NCBI GenBank assembly: GCA_951406725.2
Contig: OX597825.1
Span: 37,758,001 to 37,822,000 of the forward strand
Length of the DNA stretch: 64,000 nt
Source: Octopus vulgaris
Taxonomy: Eukaryota
Direction of reading: 5' to 3'
The notes beneath the pieces are model-generated. The model was not told where the DNA came from. It made no database searches and worked only from the letters and a program-made list of their open reading frames with translations. The translations under genes and the position numbers were made by a program. Position 1 is the first letter of the stretch. Each line of letters begins with the position of its first letter. Shown in pieces: positions 1 through 17,103 of this stretch.

Positions 1-396
1 TAAAATTAGATCGATAAACTTACGAGATACACTTCGAGTTTTACACTTACATGAATAAAATTTTGCAGTAAATGGGTAACATTCGTAAAGAAGTAATGTT
101 AAATTTATACATTTTTATGGTTATAGTGGAATTATACACTTAAATTATTCGTTAATTTACTTACTGGGCTACGATAGAATTCTGAAATTGATAAAAATAC
201 AGTAGTTCACATAAATGGATATAGTTAATGCAAAAATATAGTGGCACACTTCAACTGCTGCACTTGCAATAAAAGTGGGACATTTAAACTGTTGCAGAAG
301 AGTAAACTTGGAATGGTGATAACTTTCATTGGAGTAATAAGCTTAAAATTACTTTCAAAATTTGATACCAAGCCATATTTGATCACTTAGAATAGC

Positions 397-438
<42 letters not shown>

Positions 439-791
439 AAAGGTAAACAATGAGGCATTATTATTTCTTTGAATGCTGGCATGAGTGTGTGTCTGTACAT
501 GTAAGTAACACGCACGAGTGTGCGTGAGTGCGTGCGTGTGAGAAATCGTGTGTGAGTACATGTGTAGTGTGGTCGAAAGTGCACTGTTGTTGGCGTTAAT
601 AAGGCAGGTTTTATTTGGAGCCAAATAAATGGTACCGCGTATATCCACAAGCTGGGGTATAACGAGAATATTTAAGCAAGGAAACAAAGTATGGGTCAAT
701 TTCCTTTGGTAAAAGAAGGCACTCCACTTCCTGAAAATTGGAAATGACCGTTCAGTTGAAGGAAAGAGACACACAAATTGAAACACAAATG

Positions 792-875
<84 letters not shown>

Positions 876-877
<2 letters not shown>

Positions 878-1090
878 GTTGAAATTTACAGAAAAATAAA
901 AGACGAAGGCAGGTGTATAAACATCAAGTGTATAAACATCAAGTGAGAAATTCATTTAAGTTTCGATCCTACGCTCTTCAACAGAGACGAACACGAGAAA
1001 ATAAGCAGACAGAGAGAGTGTGAGAGAGAGAGGGCGAGAGAGAGAGAGAATATAAAACTTTTGGAGTTATCCATCAATCATGGCCACAAA
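876..1090 (-). mobile_element. Short TA-flanked repeat with degenerate minimal hammerhead motif (family shared with 38640-38860 and 50610-50815)
   Basis: Minus strand reads CTGTTGA-A-GAGC-gtag-GATC-GAAA-CT-TA at about 953-990. The context resembles the two other copies and it is bounded by (TA)n. Confidence 0.5.
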
Positions 1091-1115
1091 GGTATTGATT
1101 GATTGATTGATTGAT

Positions 1116-1160
<45 letters not shown>

Positions 1161-1169
1161 CATACATAT

Positions 1170-1385
1170 ACATTCGATGCTTTCTTCCAAAGAATCTAAT
1201 GCGCTTGGCTTAGATTTTCCTTTGGGGCTGGCCAGGTCGGAGCAATCTCAAGATTAATCAGCCGAAATTGCGAGGATGATCCGGTTCTTGACTGAAGATT
1301 GAAGGCTTCGAATGTCCCGTCCGTATTTTTTGTATCGTCTTCTAAATGTTTTGCCTTCTTGTCCCAGTTAGTGTTTTTTTTTTAC
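1170..1385 (+). repeat. Interspersed repeat between (TA)n tracts; relatives at 37205-37310 (-) and 57730-57920 (+)
   Basis: Shared block gccgaaattgcgaggat...ccggttcttgactgaagattgaaggcttcgaatgtcccgtcc...tgtatcgtc...atgttttgc is recognisable by eye in the other copies. Confidence 0.5.
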
Positions 1386-1391
1386 ATATAC

Positions 1392-1456
<65 letters not shown>

Positions 1457-1872
1457 AGTATTTGTATATATATGTATATGTATTTGTGGTCATATGTCTA
1501 CATACGAGGGCCACACACATGTGCGTGCACATACGCTCGCATGTGCGCAAACTCGCAAACACACATATGCTCGTGTGCTTGCTTATATATGTACATATGT
1601 ATATATGTAAGAATCTATATCTATGTGTGTGTGTATATATATATATATGCGTGATTATAAGTATATGCGTATATACACATACATGTATATATATATATAT
1701 AAGTATACATATATATATGCTCAAGTATGACCGTAGCCAACTGCATGGCAACAATAAGGAATATATATATTTATATATATATATATATATATACATATAT
1801 CTATCTATCTATCTATCTATCTATCTACCTCTCTTTCTGTCTTTGTACATTTAGATATATATATATATATAT

Positions 1873-2125
1873 TATATTTGGCACCTGAATGTGTCTAACC
1901 CTTAAGGGCTGATGTTGCTGTAGCTTGTAGCCCCAGGATGACATCTCCTCAAGCTGGTTATTGACACACTATCAGATAATATGTCAATAGCCTGCTGGTA
2001 GAGATGTCTTCCTGGGGCTACAAGCTACAGTAATATCAACCCTTAAGGATTAGCCACATTTAGGTGGCAAATATACTTCCCGATGTCGTGCATCTACTGT
2101 TTATACCTCGCCCAGAGATTTATTA
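1873..2125. mobile_element. Fold-back element: imperfect inverted arms 1873-1966 / 1982-2075 plus one-sided extension 2076-2125
   Basis: tagcttgtagccccagg matches cctggggctacaagcta, and further arm matches extend this; flanked by TA/TG microsatellites. Confidence 0.75.
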
Positions 2126-5100
2126 TAAATGTATATATGTGTGTGTGTGTGTGTGTTTGTGTGTGTATGTATGTGTGTTTGTGTTGGTGTGTGTGTGTGT
2201 GTATGTATATTTATATATAAATATATAGATATATATACTCTATCAGACACTCATATATATATATATATATATATATACGTATATCATACGTGTAAATGCT
2301 GTAAATGCGTATATGTGAGTGTGTATGAATGTATGTATATAATGAGTTAGGTGAGAGGAAACGACGTGTATATAATGAACAAGGGGCGTCGTGTGAGACA
2401 TAAATAACTCTGCTGGCTGGACCTTGTTGATCAAAGCTAACTTATCATTAACACATTACGTGCTATCTCCAAGTTTAACTAATATCATTTAACACTTCAC
2501 TACTTTTCAGTCTGGTCGGACAGGATATTATTTTGAAATTAGATAGTAACTGAGAAGCATTTTCGAAAAATATAATGCTACGGCTTGCAGAGCGTTATTT
2601 TATCAATATTTGCCTGAAACCGATAGCTATTTCTGTCAAAGTGGGCTGTGATATATGAGCTTAAGAGTGAAACTATTAAGGCGATATAAAGTAAAACAGT
2701 AAAAAAAAGGAAAGAACGATCAAGAGCAGGGTATTTACTACATCATTTCTTGATCATTGACATAAAAAATAGAAAATTGCTGTTCAATATTTAAGATGTA
2801 TTACCCAATATGTACATATTTGTCGTTATTGATATTTCTAACAATATCTTCTTGGTTGATCGAGTGGCGTGTTATGGAAAAAAGTATTAAAAGAAAAAAG
2901 TGAAAATGAAAGGCGGTTAAATATATGCAGGAAAAAAAGAATAGAAATATAAAAATTTAATATTACTAAGCTCCAGGCGTCAACCTTGGGTGGTGGGTCT
3001 CAATACCATAATTGCATTGGTCGTGCTAGATTGATGTAGATATAAGTTTCGATCGTCAAATATGTCATACAAACCCTATGAATCATAATAAACTTCACAT
3101 TTTCTTATATGCACATCGAAGTCATTGGGTAATAAATGTCACTATTAAATGCACTGAAAATACTGTTATAACTAGCAATGCAACGTATCAAATATTGATT
3201 TATTTACTTGTTTATGAATATATTGATGTATTGTGCATATATACCGAATATTAACGGTGGCTATGTGTGCCATCACTAATATTTGACGTATAGAACAGAT
3301 ATCTGCTACGTGTCAACGCCCGAATTGAAGTGATATTACTCCAGAGTGCAATTTCTGCGAGTAAGATTCTATAATGATTGAATACAGTGCGTTTCATAAC
3401 ATTCACTTCAGTTCATTGTGTTAAAGGTCAAAGGCAACTACAGATTTTAAAATACTCTTGGATATTAAGGATTTCCTATGATATCTAATACATATGTGAT
3501 ATATTTTATAAACTCACTGGTAATTATGTATGATATCTTAATTATTGTTTCTATACTATGGGAATATCGGAACACAGCTATAAAATATTACTCAGCTGAA
3601 AATAGAAAATGAAACTCTTTTTGCAGATCTTTGAGACCAGAGAAAGATATGGTATCGTTGTAATTTAACCACGGGTTAATCCTGAACAGGAAAATCTCTA
3701 CTCTAAAGCAATCCACTCATAGCCACCTTGTCTTATATTAAGGCAACCAATGTCCCTAGTCAATTACAAAACAAAAGAAAACAGAGTGTAACTTAAAGCT
3801 AGATCTGTCAGACATTTCTAGCATGCGGATACAATCCTGTTGATGTTAAAGTGAGAATCTGTTGGCTTTCACTTAGCTAGCAGAATATCTTGAAACGGTA
3901 AGTTATTGACTGAAATAGATGATGAAGAAATTCACTTCTAAATATTTCGACGCCATATATACCTCATTAAGCTTTGAAAATATGTATTCCACAATAACAT
4001 TACTGGATATTACTTTTTGTCTGTGGTAATTCAACGCAATTGTTATCAAATGTCGGTTGGAGGTTAGATAAAAATAATTGAGGGAAAGTGCTCTGTCTGC
4101 AATTTCATGTAGAGTAATAAACAGAAGTCTATGAGGAGAAAATACAGTTACTTCTTTTATTGAAGTGCTAACAGTTCTACGCTGGAAAGAATACATGTCA
4201 CACAAACATCTATTTTAAGTACGTCGGTTACGAAAGATCGAACATATCTTAAATAAACCATGTTATTCATTAAAAGAAAGCAGGAGAATGAAATTTAGAA
4301 AATGATATCAAAAGATTGTCCAAGAAAGGAAAAAAAACAAATACACGTTTGCAGGCAGAAAAAAAGAATACGGTCAAATACACATACATTCATATAAGCA
4401 TTGGTTTGTAGAAACACACAGACACACATACATCGTTCGCGAACACACACACACAGACACACACACAGAAACACACACACACACATACACGTACAATCGT
4501 TTAAAGAACGTCGTACAAAACATTTTTTCGTGACGAAGTATCAGTTTTAACCGTACACAATGTAAAATGGAATATCTGTAACATACAGTTAAAAAAAGTT
4601 TGGTATTCTCATTTCATTTGAACGTATATAACAGTACTTACATAATGCCAAATGCACGCGCGCGCATACACACACACAAACGTGTGTGTGTATATATCAT
4701 TGTTAGAGTTTTCAATTGTTCCATTGTAGTCATAAACATAATACTATAACTTTCTCTTAAGATATATACATACATGCGTATACACAGACACACTGATATA
4801 TACAAACACACTTATGCACACTTCTATATATGTCTGCGGCACGTGCGCACATACAACTTTCTTTGTGTCAATTTAATATGACGCACAGTTTAAGTGTCAT
4901 TAGTTTGGTGAATAAATTAGGCACATGTTTGTCTTTATCATAACTTACTATTGTTTTTATAAAACCTTCATAATCGATGTAGAGACATGCTATTTGTTGG
5001 GGTAAAATAAAAAGAAATGAGAACTATTTATATTTTATCACAATTTGGATTGACTGAAAATTCGTAACACGAAAAGGTCTATCTTAAAAATGGTCATATC

Positions 5101-5289
5101 CCATTCAACCTATTCCACCTAAAAGAATTCCTGAATCCCCGGTTTATATCTATATATTTCCTTTTTAACATGGATAAAATGAAGCTATTCCATTTTGTCA
5201 TACAAGCTTTATTGTGAAAGAATTATGGAAAACTTATTAGAACAATATACACCGTCTAACCAAATAGCTTCCAAAATTGTTTATTCGAC

Positions 5290-5445
5290 TTTTTGTTCTA
5301 CATTCAAATCTCAGTGAGGCCACTTTGTTATTCCCCACTTAAAAGTTGATAACTAATGCTACCATTTAAGTATGGATTCATTGTAATAGGCTCATCAAGT
5401 CTCCAAACAATTTTAGCCTTGTGCCTAAGCTATTAAGAATTACGT
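5290..5445 (+). mobile_element. Highly decayed SINE (family B, as 58866-59075)
   Basis: ttcaaatctcagtgaggccactttg ... gccttgtgccta resembles the B-box region and tail of the better copies. Confidence 0.4.
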
Positions 5446-5724
5446 TAGTTTTGTAACATATTAGTAGTTGTCCATTTGATTATCATTTGTTCCGCAGTCT
5501 TCAACATCATTTGAACGAAAAAACATGAATTCTGTAGGTGAGGTCAGAACAGTACTGGAGGAGTATTTTTCCTCACGGACAAGTGAATTGCAAGTGTACC
5601 AGATAGATGGAAGAAAATCGTAGAAAATGAAGGAGAATATATTTTAGATTTTCCAAAAACTTTCTGTTTCTTAATTTTGAAAAATAAAAGGATAAAAATC
5701 CCCATTCTTTATGGGGTGGCCCAG

Positions 5725-5792
<68 letters not shown>

Positions 5793-6473
5793 ATATATAT
5801 ATATATATATGTGTGTATGTGTGTGTATGTATATGAATATATCAATATATATATATATACGCATATATATGAATATATATGCATATAATGTATATGAATA
5901 TATATGCATATAATGTAAATTTAATACACATATATGTATATTTATGTATATAGATGTATAAATACAGAAATATGTTTGTTCTTCTAGAATGTAATTGTGT
6001 CCGTCTGTATATGTGCAAATAAATGAGAGAATCTAAAGGCATATTGACTTTAGGAAGTGATATGATATTTTTGGTTACAAAGTTTGACCATTAAACCCAT
6101 CGATTCTCAAACGTCTTCAAAAATTGGCAAATATATTGCTCTGCCGGAACAACTGAATCTCAAAGAATTACATCTAATTATAAAGAAAAAGCCAGCAGCA
6201 ATGTTCTACTGAAGTTTTCCAATAAAACTTCAAGAGGTAAAGCACGCTTGTTTTGTCATTTGTCCATTTAACCATTTATGTATCACTTTACTACTCTACC
6301 TCAGAATCTGTCTCCCATTTCATCTCTGTATGTCGATATATCTATATACAATTGCATACTTACACACATACACACACACACAAACATTGGTCCATCAATA
6401 CACACATATATATGCGAATACATATATGCATACATACACACACACGCGCGCTCATACACACACACACACACAT

Positions 6474-6532
6474 GGCGGTGCCCCAGCATGGCCACAGCTC
6501 ATGAGCTGAAACTAGAATGAATCAATCAATCA
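6474..6532 (+). mobile_element. Very short 5'-truncated copy of the CR1-group LINE 3' end
   Basis: ggcggtgccccagcatggccacagctcatgagctgaaac matches the LINE 3' end at 15476-15513, followed by an (AATC)n tail. Confidence 0.7.
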
Positions 6533-6611
6533 AATACATACATATATATATATATATATATACATATATATGTATGCATATGTATGTATGTATATATATA
6601 TATATATATAT

Positions 6612-6879
6612 AAGAAATATTGAGTTTCTAAATCGCTCGTAGAGAGGTGTACGGTGGTGGAGCGATATAATGGTTGTATACTGTCAATCTAACAAGAACG
6701 TGACAGTAGGGGGTACTGTTCCGGCAGTTGGGGGTGTTTGTCTCCCCTTCGTATGTGTATATAAGGACACAGGATAAAATGTGTCGAAGCTGTCAGGAGG
6801 CGTTCGATGCCTCCTAGGGCTATATAACGGTGGTGTACCCCCTACTGTCACGTTCTTGTTAGATTGACAGTATACAACC

Positions 6880-6886
<7 letters not shown>
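6612..6886. mobile_element. Fold-back element: perfect 52-bp inverted arms 6665-6716 / 6835-6886, GC-rich loop, left-side extension
   Basis: atataatggttgtatactgtcaatctaacaagaacgtgacagtagggggtac and its exact reverse complement; loop hairpin aggaggc-gttcgat-gcctcct; (TA)n on both sides. Confidence 0.8.
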
Positions 6887-6917
<31 letters not shown>

Positions 6918-7325
6918 CCATATATGCAGATGTACGAGCTTACATATGTATGAACGTGTGTTTGTATCTATATATATGCATATATATATGCTTGCATATA
7001 CCCTGGAAATGCCATTAAACTGCGTCGTCTATTGAAGCTCCAGCTCATAAGTACTGGAGTTGTGGGGATCGTGGAGTCACCACTTACCATTATTCCCAAA
7101 TTCGTTCTAACCCGGAACTGTTGTACCTATCAGGTTCCTATTTAAGGGTTACATAGATGTCCCTGGTGTAGAGGAGGCTCACGTTAGTTTGAGAGAGCTG
7201 AGAAGAAGGCAACTTTTCTAGGAGAAATATGCTCTGACATAAAACTTGCTGTCAAAATAGTATAAGTCGTCTTGCAATGGTTGTCACGGGATCCCTCTCT
7301 CACGACCGACAGAGTTTCAAAAAAT

Positions 7326-7780
<455 letters not shown>

Positions 7781-8376
7781 TGTGAAAACAAAGGCTGAAA
7801 ATATTCAAATGATGTATATTCATGTATAAATATATAAATATTTGTATATTAAAAGAAGAAACTTACACAACTACTCAGAATTAAGGGGTAAATGTTTGGT
7901 AATAAAAGTTCGACAGCTTTTTCGCGGGACTCGGAACTACATCATAATTCAGGCAGATGTAATTCGCAAAATGTCGTGATTATGCAACCAATAGTAGAAG
8001 CGTATACACATTCGGTAGATCCGATCATCGTCTTCAGCGTGCGGAGGTAAGTGCCGAACATTTCAAAATCATCATGCAGGGAAATCTAAAGGTAAATTTC
8101 CTGAAGGGAAAGGCAAATAGAAGTATGTGGAGGGAAGAGGTAGGCCAACCGTTGGGGGTGTAGGCAGTGTTATAGCAGGTAAAGGGTAAGAAGGGATAGG
8201 AGGGTCAACTGAGGAACAGGGAAAGCGTGAGTGATCGGCGTATTGACAGAAGTAGAAATGTGGAGAGTTGGGAGATGAGTGGGAGGAGTGGGATGGTAAT
8301 ATTGTGAAGGGTGATCATCGTTGTTGGTTTCGACAACAAATACTAATAGGGATGATGGAAAAGGGGATATGTTGTA

Positions 8377-8436
<60 letters not shown>

Positions 8437-9327
8437 CATCTATGAGTGTGGGTGTACGTGATGTGTGACTGTGTGTTTGGGTGTGTGTGTATGTGTGGGT
8501 GTTTGTGCGAGGTTCTTATTGAGATATAACTCACACATAATTTGGTAGAGCAATTTTCCATCGTGAAATCTGCATTATCTCTTCAAAAAAAAAAAAAAAA
8601 CCCATACAATAAACGTTCAGTATGCTGTGGAGTCACCTGTGCCTGTGCAATTGAGTAAACTGGTTACAATAGTCTCTGGGTGTGCAAAGAAAGAGTTTGA
8701 TAATAAAATTATAATTAGTTAACAGTGCACATTTGGAGACACGTAGCTGCGTATCTTACAATCCTATAAGCTGCTACGTTACACGAACAAAGAAGCAGGT
8801 GGATTTTGGTTTATAAATTATATTCTTATAATAGACAAAAAAAGTATATCAGTCAGAATACTTAAGCATGCAGAAAAGCTAACATGTAATATTTCATATA
8901 AAGCTGGTAAATATATGAGTGTCTATTTTTTTAATTCTTTTGCATATGAACACTTAATATGCAATTATATGAAGAGGATAATTTAAACTTCAGACAAAAA
9001 ATTATTTCATATACTTTCTGTTGCATTTTTTTCTCAAATTATATACATGCACTGTTGTGTGTATGTATATAGGTACACACACACACACACATATATGTAT
9101 ATAGATGTGAATATATATATCCATATATAAACGTATGTGCGAATTGGCTTATACGCATCTGTTGTGTGTACAAAACTTACATTGATGCGAGTTTAATCAC
9201 TACCTATGTATGTTTTGATCATGAAGGTGCTTTCAGAATATGTGTGTATGTATACACACACAGACACAGACACAGACACAGACACACAGACACACACACA
9301 CATATATATATATACATGTATATATAC

Positions 9328-9366
<39 letters not shown>

Positions 9367-9439
9367 AAACGAAGCACAGCAATAATTGGTCCATAATAAG
9401 GTATGTGAAACCATACAATATAATTTCCGGGGGATGACG

Positions 9440-10112
9440 TCTCTACTCCGAGGAATCTCTGTCTATTCTGTGGACTAACGAGAAAATAATTAATAGAATT
9501 TCTGAACGACTCTCGGGAAGCCTACACGGATATCAATGTACTTTTGCACAATGCAGTTGGAATTAATTTTGAGTAACCGGTAACTTACTTAATTTACTTT
9601 AAGTTATGGATGACTTAAGTTTACTTTTAATCTCCCCATTCGTATAAACACCAAATTGATAAATAACTCGACTTGTGATCATAGGTGCACCAAACCTCAC
9701 GTGTGCATATGCTCACATTTTTGCAGATGCTTGTATGAGCGAGTATACTCGCGCCATAGTGCTTGCCCGAGGGAGTTTTTACATCCATACATGTAAACGG
9801 TTATTTTTAATACTTTTCTCGCTGGATTGCGTGTTCGTTTCTCTTTTTGTCATAATAGATTTTGTTTTTGATCATCTATATAAAAGAAGATATTTCCTGC
9901 GTCTGGCTGCTATTTCCTTCTACAAAAGGGAAAGTTACATTGCGGAACATTCATTTTAACGAGTCGTATTCATGTATCACCCGACGAGATACATCTGCTC
10001 CTGAACCACTTGTTGAGTGCCCCACACAGGAGGAATCGATGCTAGATGTGCCAAAACGATTGTCGTGATTAGTAATATTTTCTCGTATATTCTATCTTCT
10101 GTCTTTCATTTG

Positions 10113-10146
<34 letters not shown>

Positions 10147-10386
10147 TTTCGATTTACTGGAGTGTATGTATATATGTATGTATATATATATACATACATA
10201 TATACATGCACTCCAGTAAATCGAAACGATCGTATATGTCACCCCCATCTTTGCTTTTTACTTTCTTGTTACCTATTTAATTAAAGACATCCCAGCGTAA
10301 ACCACGAGTTTCCCATTGTTATTATATCCATTTTATTCTCTTATGCACACACACACACACGCACGCACAAACACACACACAGACAG

Positions 10387-10445
<59 letters not shown>

Positions 10446-11264
10446 CATTTGGTCCATATATATATCTCTACTCCGAGGAATCTCTGTCTATTCTGTGGAC
10501 TAACGAGAAAATAATTAATAGAATTTCTGAACGACTCTCGGGAAGCCTACACGGATATCAATGTACTTTTGCACAATGCAGTTGGAATGAATTTTGAGTA
10601 ACCGGTAACTTACTTAATTTACTTTAAGTTATGGATGACTTAAGTTTACTTTTAATCTCCCCATTCGTATAAACACCAAATTGATAAATAACTCGACTTG
10701 TGATCATAGGTGCACCAAACCTCACGTGTGCATATGCTCACATTTTTGCAGATGCTTGTATGAGCGAGTATACTCGCGCCATAGTGCTTGTCCGAGGGAG
10801 TTTTTACATCCATACATGTAAACGGTTATTTTTAATACTTTTCTCGCTGGATTGCGTGTTCGTTTCTCTTTTTGTCATAATAGATTTTGTTTTTGATCAT
10901 CTATATAAAAGAAGATATTTCCTGCGTCTGGCTGCTATTTCCTTCTACAAAAGGGAAAGTTACATTGCGGAACATTCATTTTAACGAGTCGTATTCATGT
11001 ATCACCCGACGAGATACATCTGCTCCTGAACCACTTGTTTAGTGCCCCACACAGGATTAGTAATATTTTCGTGATTAGTAATATTTTCTCGTATATTCTA
11101 TCTTCTGTCTTTCATTTGCTATATATATATATATATATCGTTTCGATTTACTGGAGTGTATGTATATATGTATGTATATATATATATACATACATATATA
11201 CATGCACTCCAGTAAATCGAAACGATCGTATATGTCATCCCCACCTTTGCTTTTTATTTCTTGT
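9440..11264 (+). repeat. Near-identical tandem duplication (about 9440-10270 and 10465-11264) of a pLTR-like unit carrying a degenerate hammerhead
   Basis: Both copies start tctctactccgaggaatctctg (offset 1025); ORFs 9675 and 10700 differ by one residue; hammerhead-like motif at 9976-10069. Confidence 0.9.
9976..10069 (+). ncRNA. Degenerate type I hammerhead ribozyme with long stem II
   Basis: Stem I ATCAC/GTGAT; core CCGACGA; stem II GATACATCT/AGATGTGCC; AAAA in place of GAAA; stem III CGATTG (near-palindromic CGATCG); cleavage triplet GTC. Confidence 0.6.
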
Positions 11265-11399
11265 AATATTTTGAATTCGCCTTAAATGGTCCTTTTACAT
11301 ACTGAACACTACTTGGTGAAATTGATTAATAACTAATTAATTTTACCACACACACACACTCAATTGTTGATATATATATGTATATATATATATGAATGT

Positions 11400-11690
11400 G
11401 TCATTTTGACTGTGCTTTTCCCCCACAGTCGGTGATGGTGCTTTTACGTCACCGTGACCTAGTAGTTCGGCAAAAACCCTATATAATAACTACCTGTCTG
11501 AAAAACGTACTTACGTCAACTTATGTGTGTGGGTGTGTATACATAAACATGGCCTAGAGGTCACGTTGTTTCATTAACGTCGTTACAACGCGTGTTCGTT
11601 TACCTGACCGTTTGGTGCGTTCTGTTTTTGAGCAAAACAAAGCAGCAACGAAGCATGGCCACAGTCTAGAGACAGAAACAAGTGAAAAAT
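11400..11690 (+). mobile_element. Decayed family A SINE fragments
   Basis: ggtgcttttacgtcaccgtgacctagtagttcggcaaaa and tail agcatggccacagtctagagacagaaacaagtgaaaa. Confidence 0.5.
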
Positions 11691-12359
11691 ATATTTTTGA
11701 ATATAGTTATCTCTGCATTAATGTATGCAGCCTCACATATACACTCACACACACTCACGCACAGAAACAAACACCCACTCAAAGATATTTGTATATATGT
11801 TTACATGAACAGGCATATGTGTGTGAAGGGTGCATCACGTTATATCTTCAGCAGAAACGATTCTTATTTTTCATAACAGAATGAAAGGCGAACACATGTG
11901 CAATACTGACGCATTCATCTGGTTGTGCGTATGTGAGTGTTTGAGCGTGTATATTTGTGTGAGCATATAGAAATGCACATGTTGGTGAAGGGAAATTGCA
12001 ATATTGCATATTATTCCCTATATGTAACGAAATAAATATTTATTGAATCAGCACAATGAATGAGAAGGGGATTGTATGTATAACAAATTGACAATACACT
12101 AAATCATAACACAATGTTTGCAATTGCGGATATGTAAAACAAGCAGCAATGACTTCGTAAGTCGTAAATTTCTCGTAAACATGGGACTCAAAAGCATTCA
12201 TCTGCATATGCATATATGCATTTATTTAGGCATGGATATTTGTTCATTTACCTATATGGTGTTCTGTATTATAACTATATACGTAACTGCTACACACACA
12301 CCCGCGCAGACGTATACGCACGCATTCACTCATACACACACATGTATATTAACATCTGT

Positions 12360-12408
<49 letters not shown>

Positions 12409-12719
12409 GTGTGTGTGTGTGTGTGTGTTTATAGGTATGCATGCATATTATATATATATGGTAATATGTATACACAGACATACACATATACGTATATAAT
12501 GCACACACCAAATATATTTTTCTGCGCGCGTGTGTGTACGTGATGGATTCTCATTCCCACATATATTATCAACTACTACAGGTTTTGTATAGGATTATAT
12601 ATCAATAGAAGTGTTCCATAGTAACATAACCTCATAGTAATTTGCTTTGTATGTGGAAATGAAACAATTTTCTTAAATTCTGCTCGTGTGTTAAATTGAG
12701 TAATTGAAATCGATCAATC

Positions 12720-15677
<2,958 letters not shown>

Positions 15678-16159
15678 CGTGCGTGTGTGTGCGTAGAACA
15701 AGCAAGAAGTGTTTTAGCGGAAATATATTTGTAGATACTGGTGATTGTTAATACAATAAAAAGGAATAGACAGCACAACAAATATCAGATATGTGTAGAA
15801 AAGTATTTTCTAAAGTTTATTCTCTCTCCCAATTCTTAGTGAGATCATTAAGGATGGAGTGGTGTCGGTGGCATGCTAAGCTTTGTACTACATATCATTG
15901 TGGTGAAAAAGTAAAGGGGCCTTAAAATAATATTTTTATTGATTCATAAACCTATATAATGCACGATATCAAACAGCATTATATGTATATGTTTCTAGAT
16001 ACACATGCATACGTACATACATACATACATACATACATACATACATACATACATAAATACATACATATAAACACACACGTACATATATAACTATTTAGAA
16101 TTTATATGAATCTACGTGCATATATATGAATATATATGTGTGTGTATGCATGTATGTAC

Positions 16160-16217
<58 letters not shown>

Positions 16218-16975
16218 GATTTTCTTCCAGTAAAAAATAGATAGAGAGATAGATAGATATAAATATAAATATGAATATGCATTTATGCGAAAACACAAAC
16301 ACACAAGCGTGTGTTTGTGTGTGTATGACGTTAGATTATATATATATATATATATAGATATATATATACGTATAAAAGAATACGAAAAACCATATAAGGA
16401 AAAAAGAAATCATTACTAAGCATAAGAATATTCTTCAAAAAATATGTGATAGAGAATTTTTTTTTATATATGAATTGTAAGTATACAACCATGAAGAAAT
16501 GGGAATAAATGCAAATTGTGTGTGAGCCTTTATTCAGGTTTCGAAAGACGAGAACTTGGGCTTCGCTGTTTTGCATTTCCCATTGGTATAAAAATGTAGC
16601 GTTCAGAATAGTAGCAGTAACAGTGTTACAGAATTTAAGAGGAAATTATACAGCGGATCAGAAGAAATATTCTAGCTGTAACCGATTTAGTAGCATGGGT
16701 TACACTTAGAATTTGGTACAAATGTTGTTTAATATAAACATTACTTCAATTCTGTAACATGAATATTATTTAAAACCGTCTTGATGACTCAATGTAATGA
16801 TTCTACTTATATGTAAGCAATTATCTCTCTCTCTCCCTCTCTCTCTATCTATCTATTCATACATACATATATGTGTGCGTGCATATATATATATATATCC
16901 CTCCCTCTATCATATTCTCTCTCACTGTCTCTGTATCTATCTGTCTATCAAGATCTATGTCCTTAAATGTAGAAC

Positions 16976-17018
<43 letters not shown>

Positions 17019-17103
17019 AATAAACATATATACATATATATACACATATATATATATATGCATTTAAGCATCTGTATACATACATGCATATATACATACA
17101 TGC

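Noticed and set aside
5510-5727. Possible DNA transposon terminus (tactgggccaccccataaagaat on the minus strand)
   Set aside because: No partner TIR or transposase motif found nearby.
9675-10984. Duplicated 94-aa hydrophobic ORF
   Set aside because: Consequence of the tandem duplication in T-rich repeat sequence; no coding evidence.
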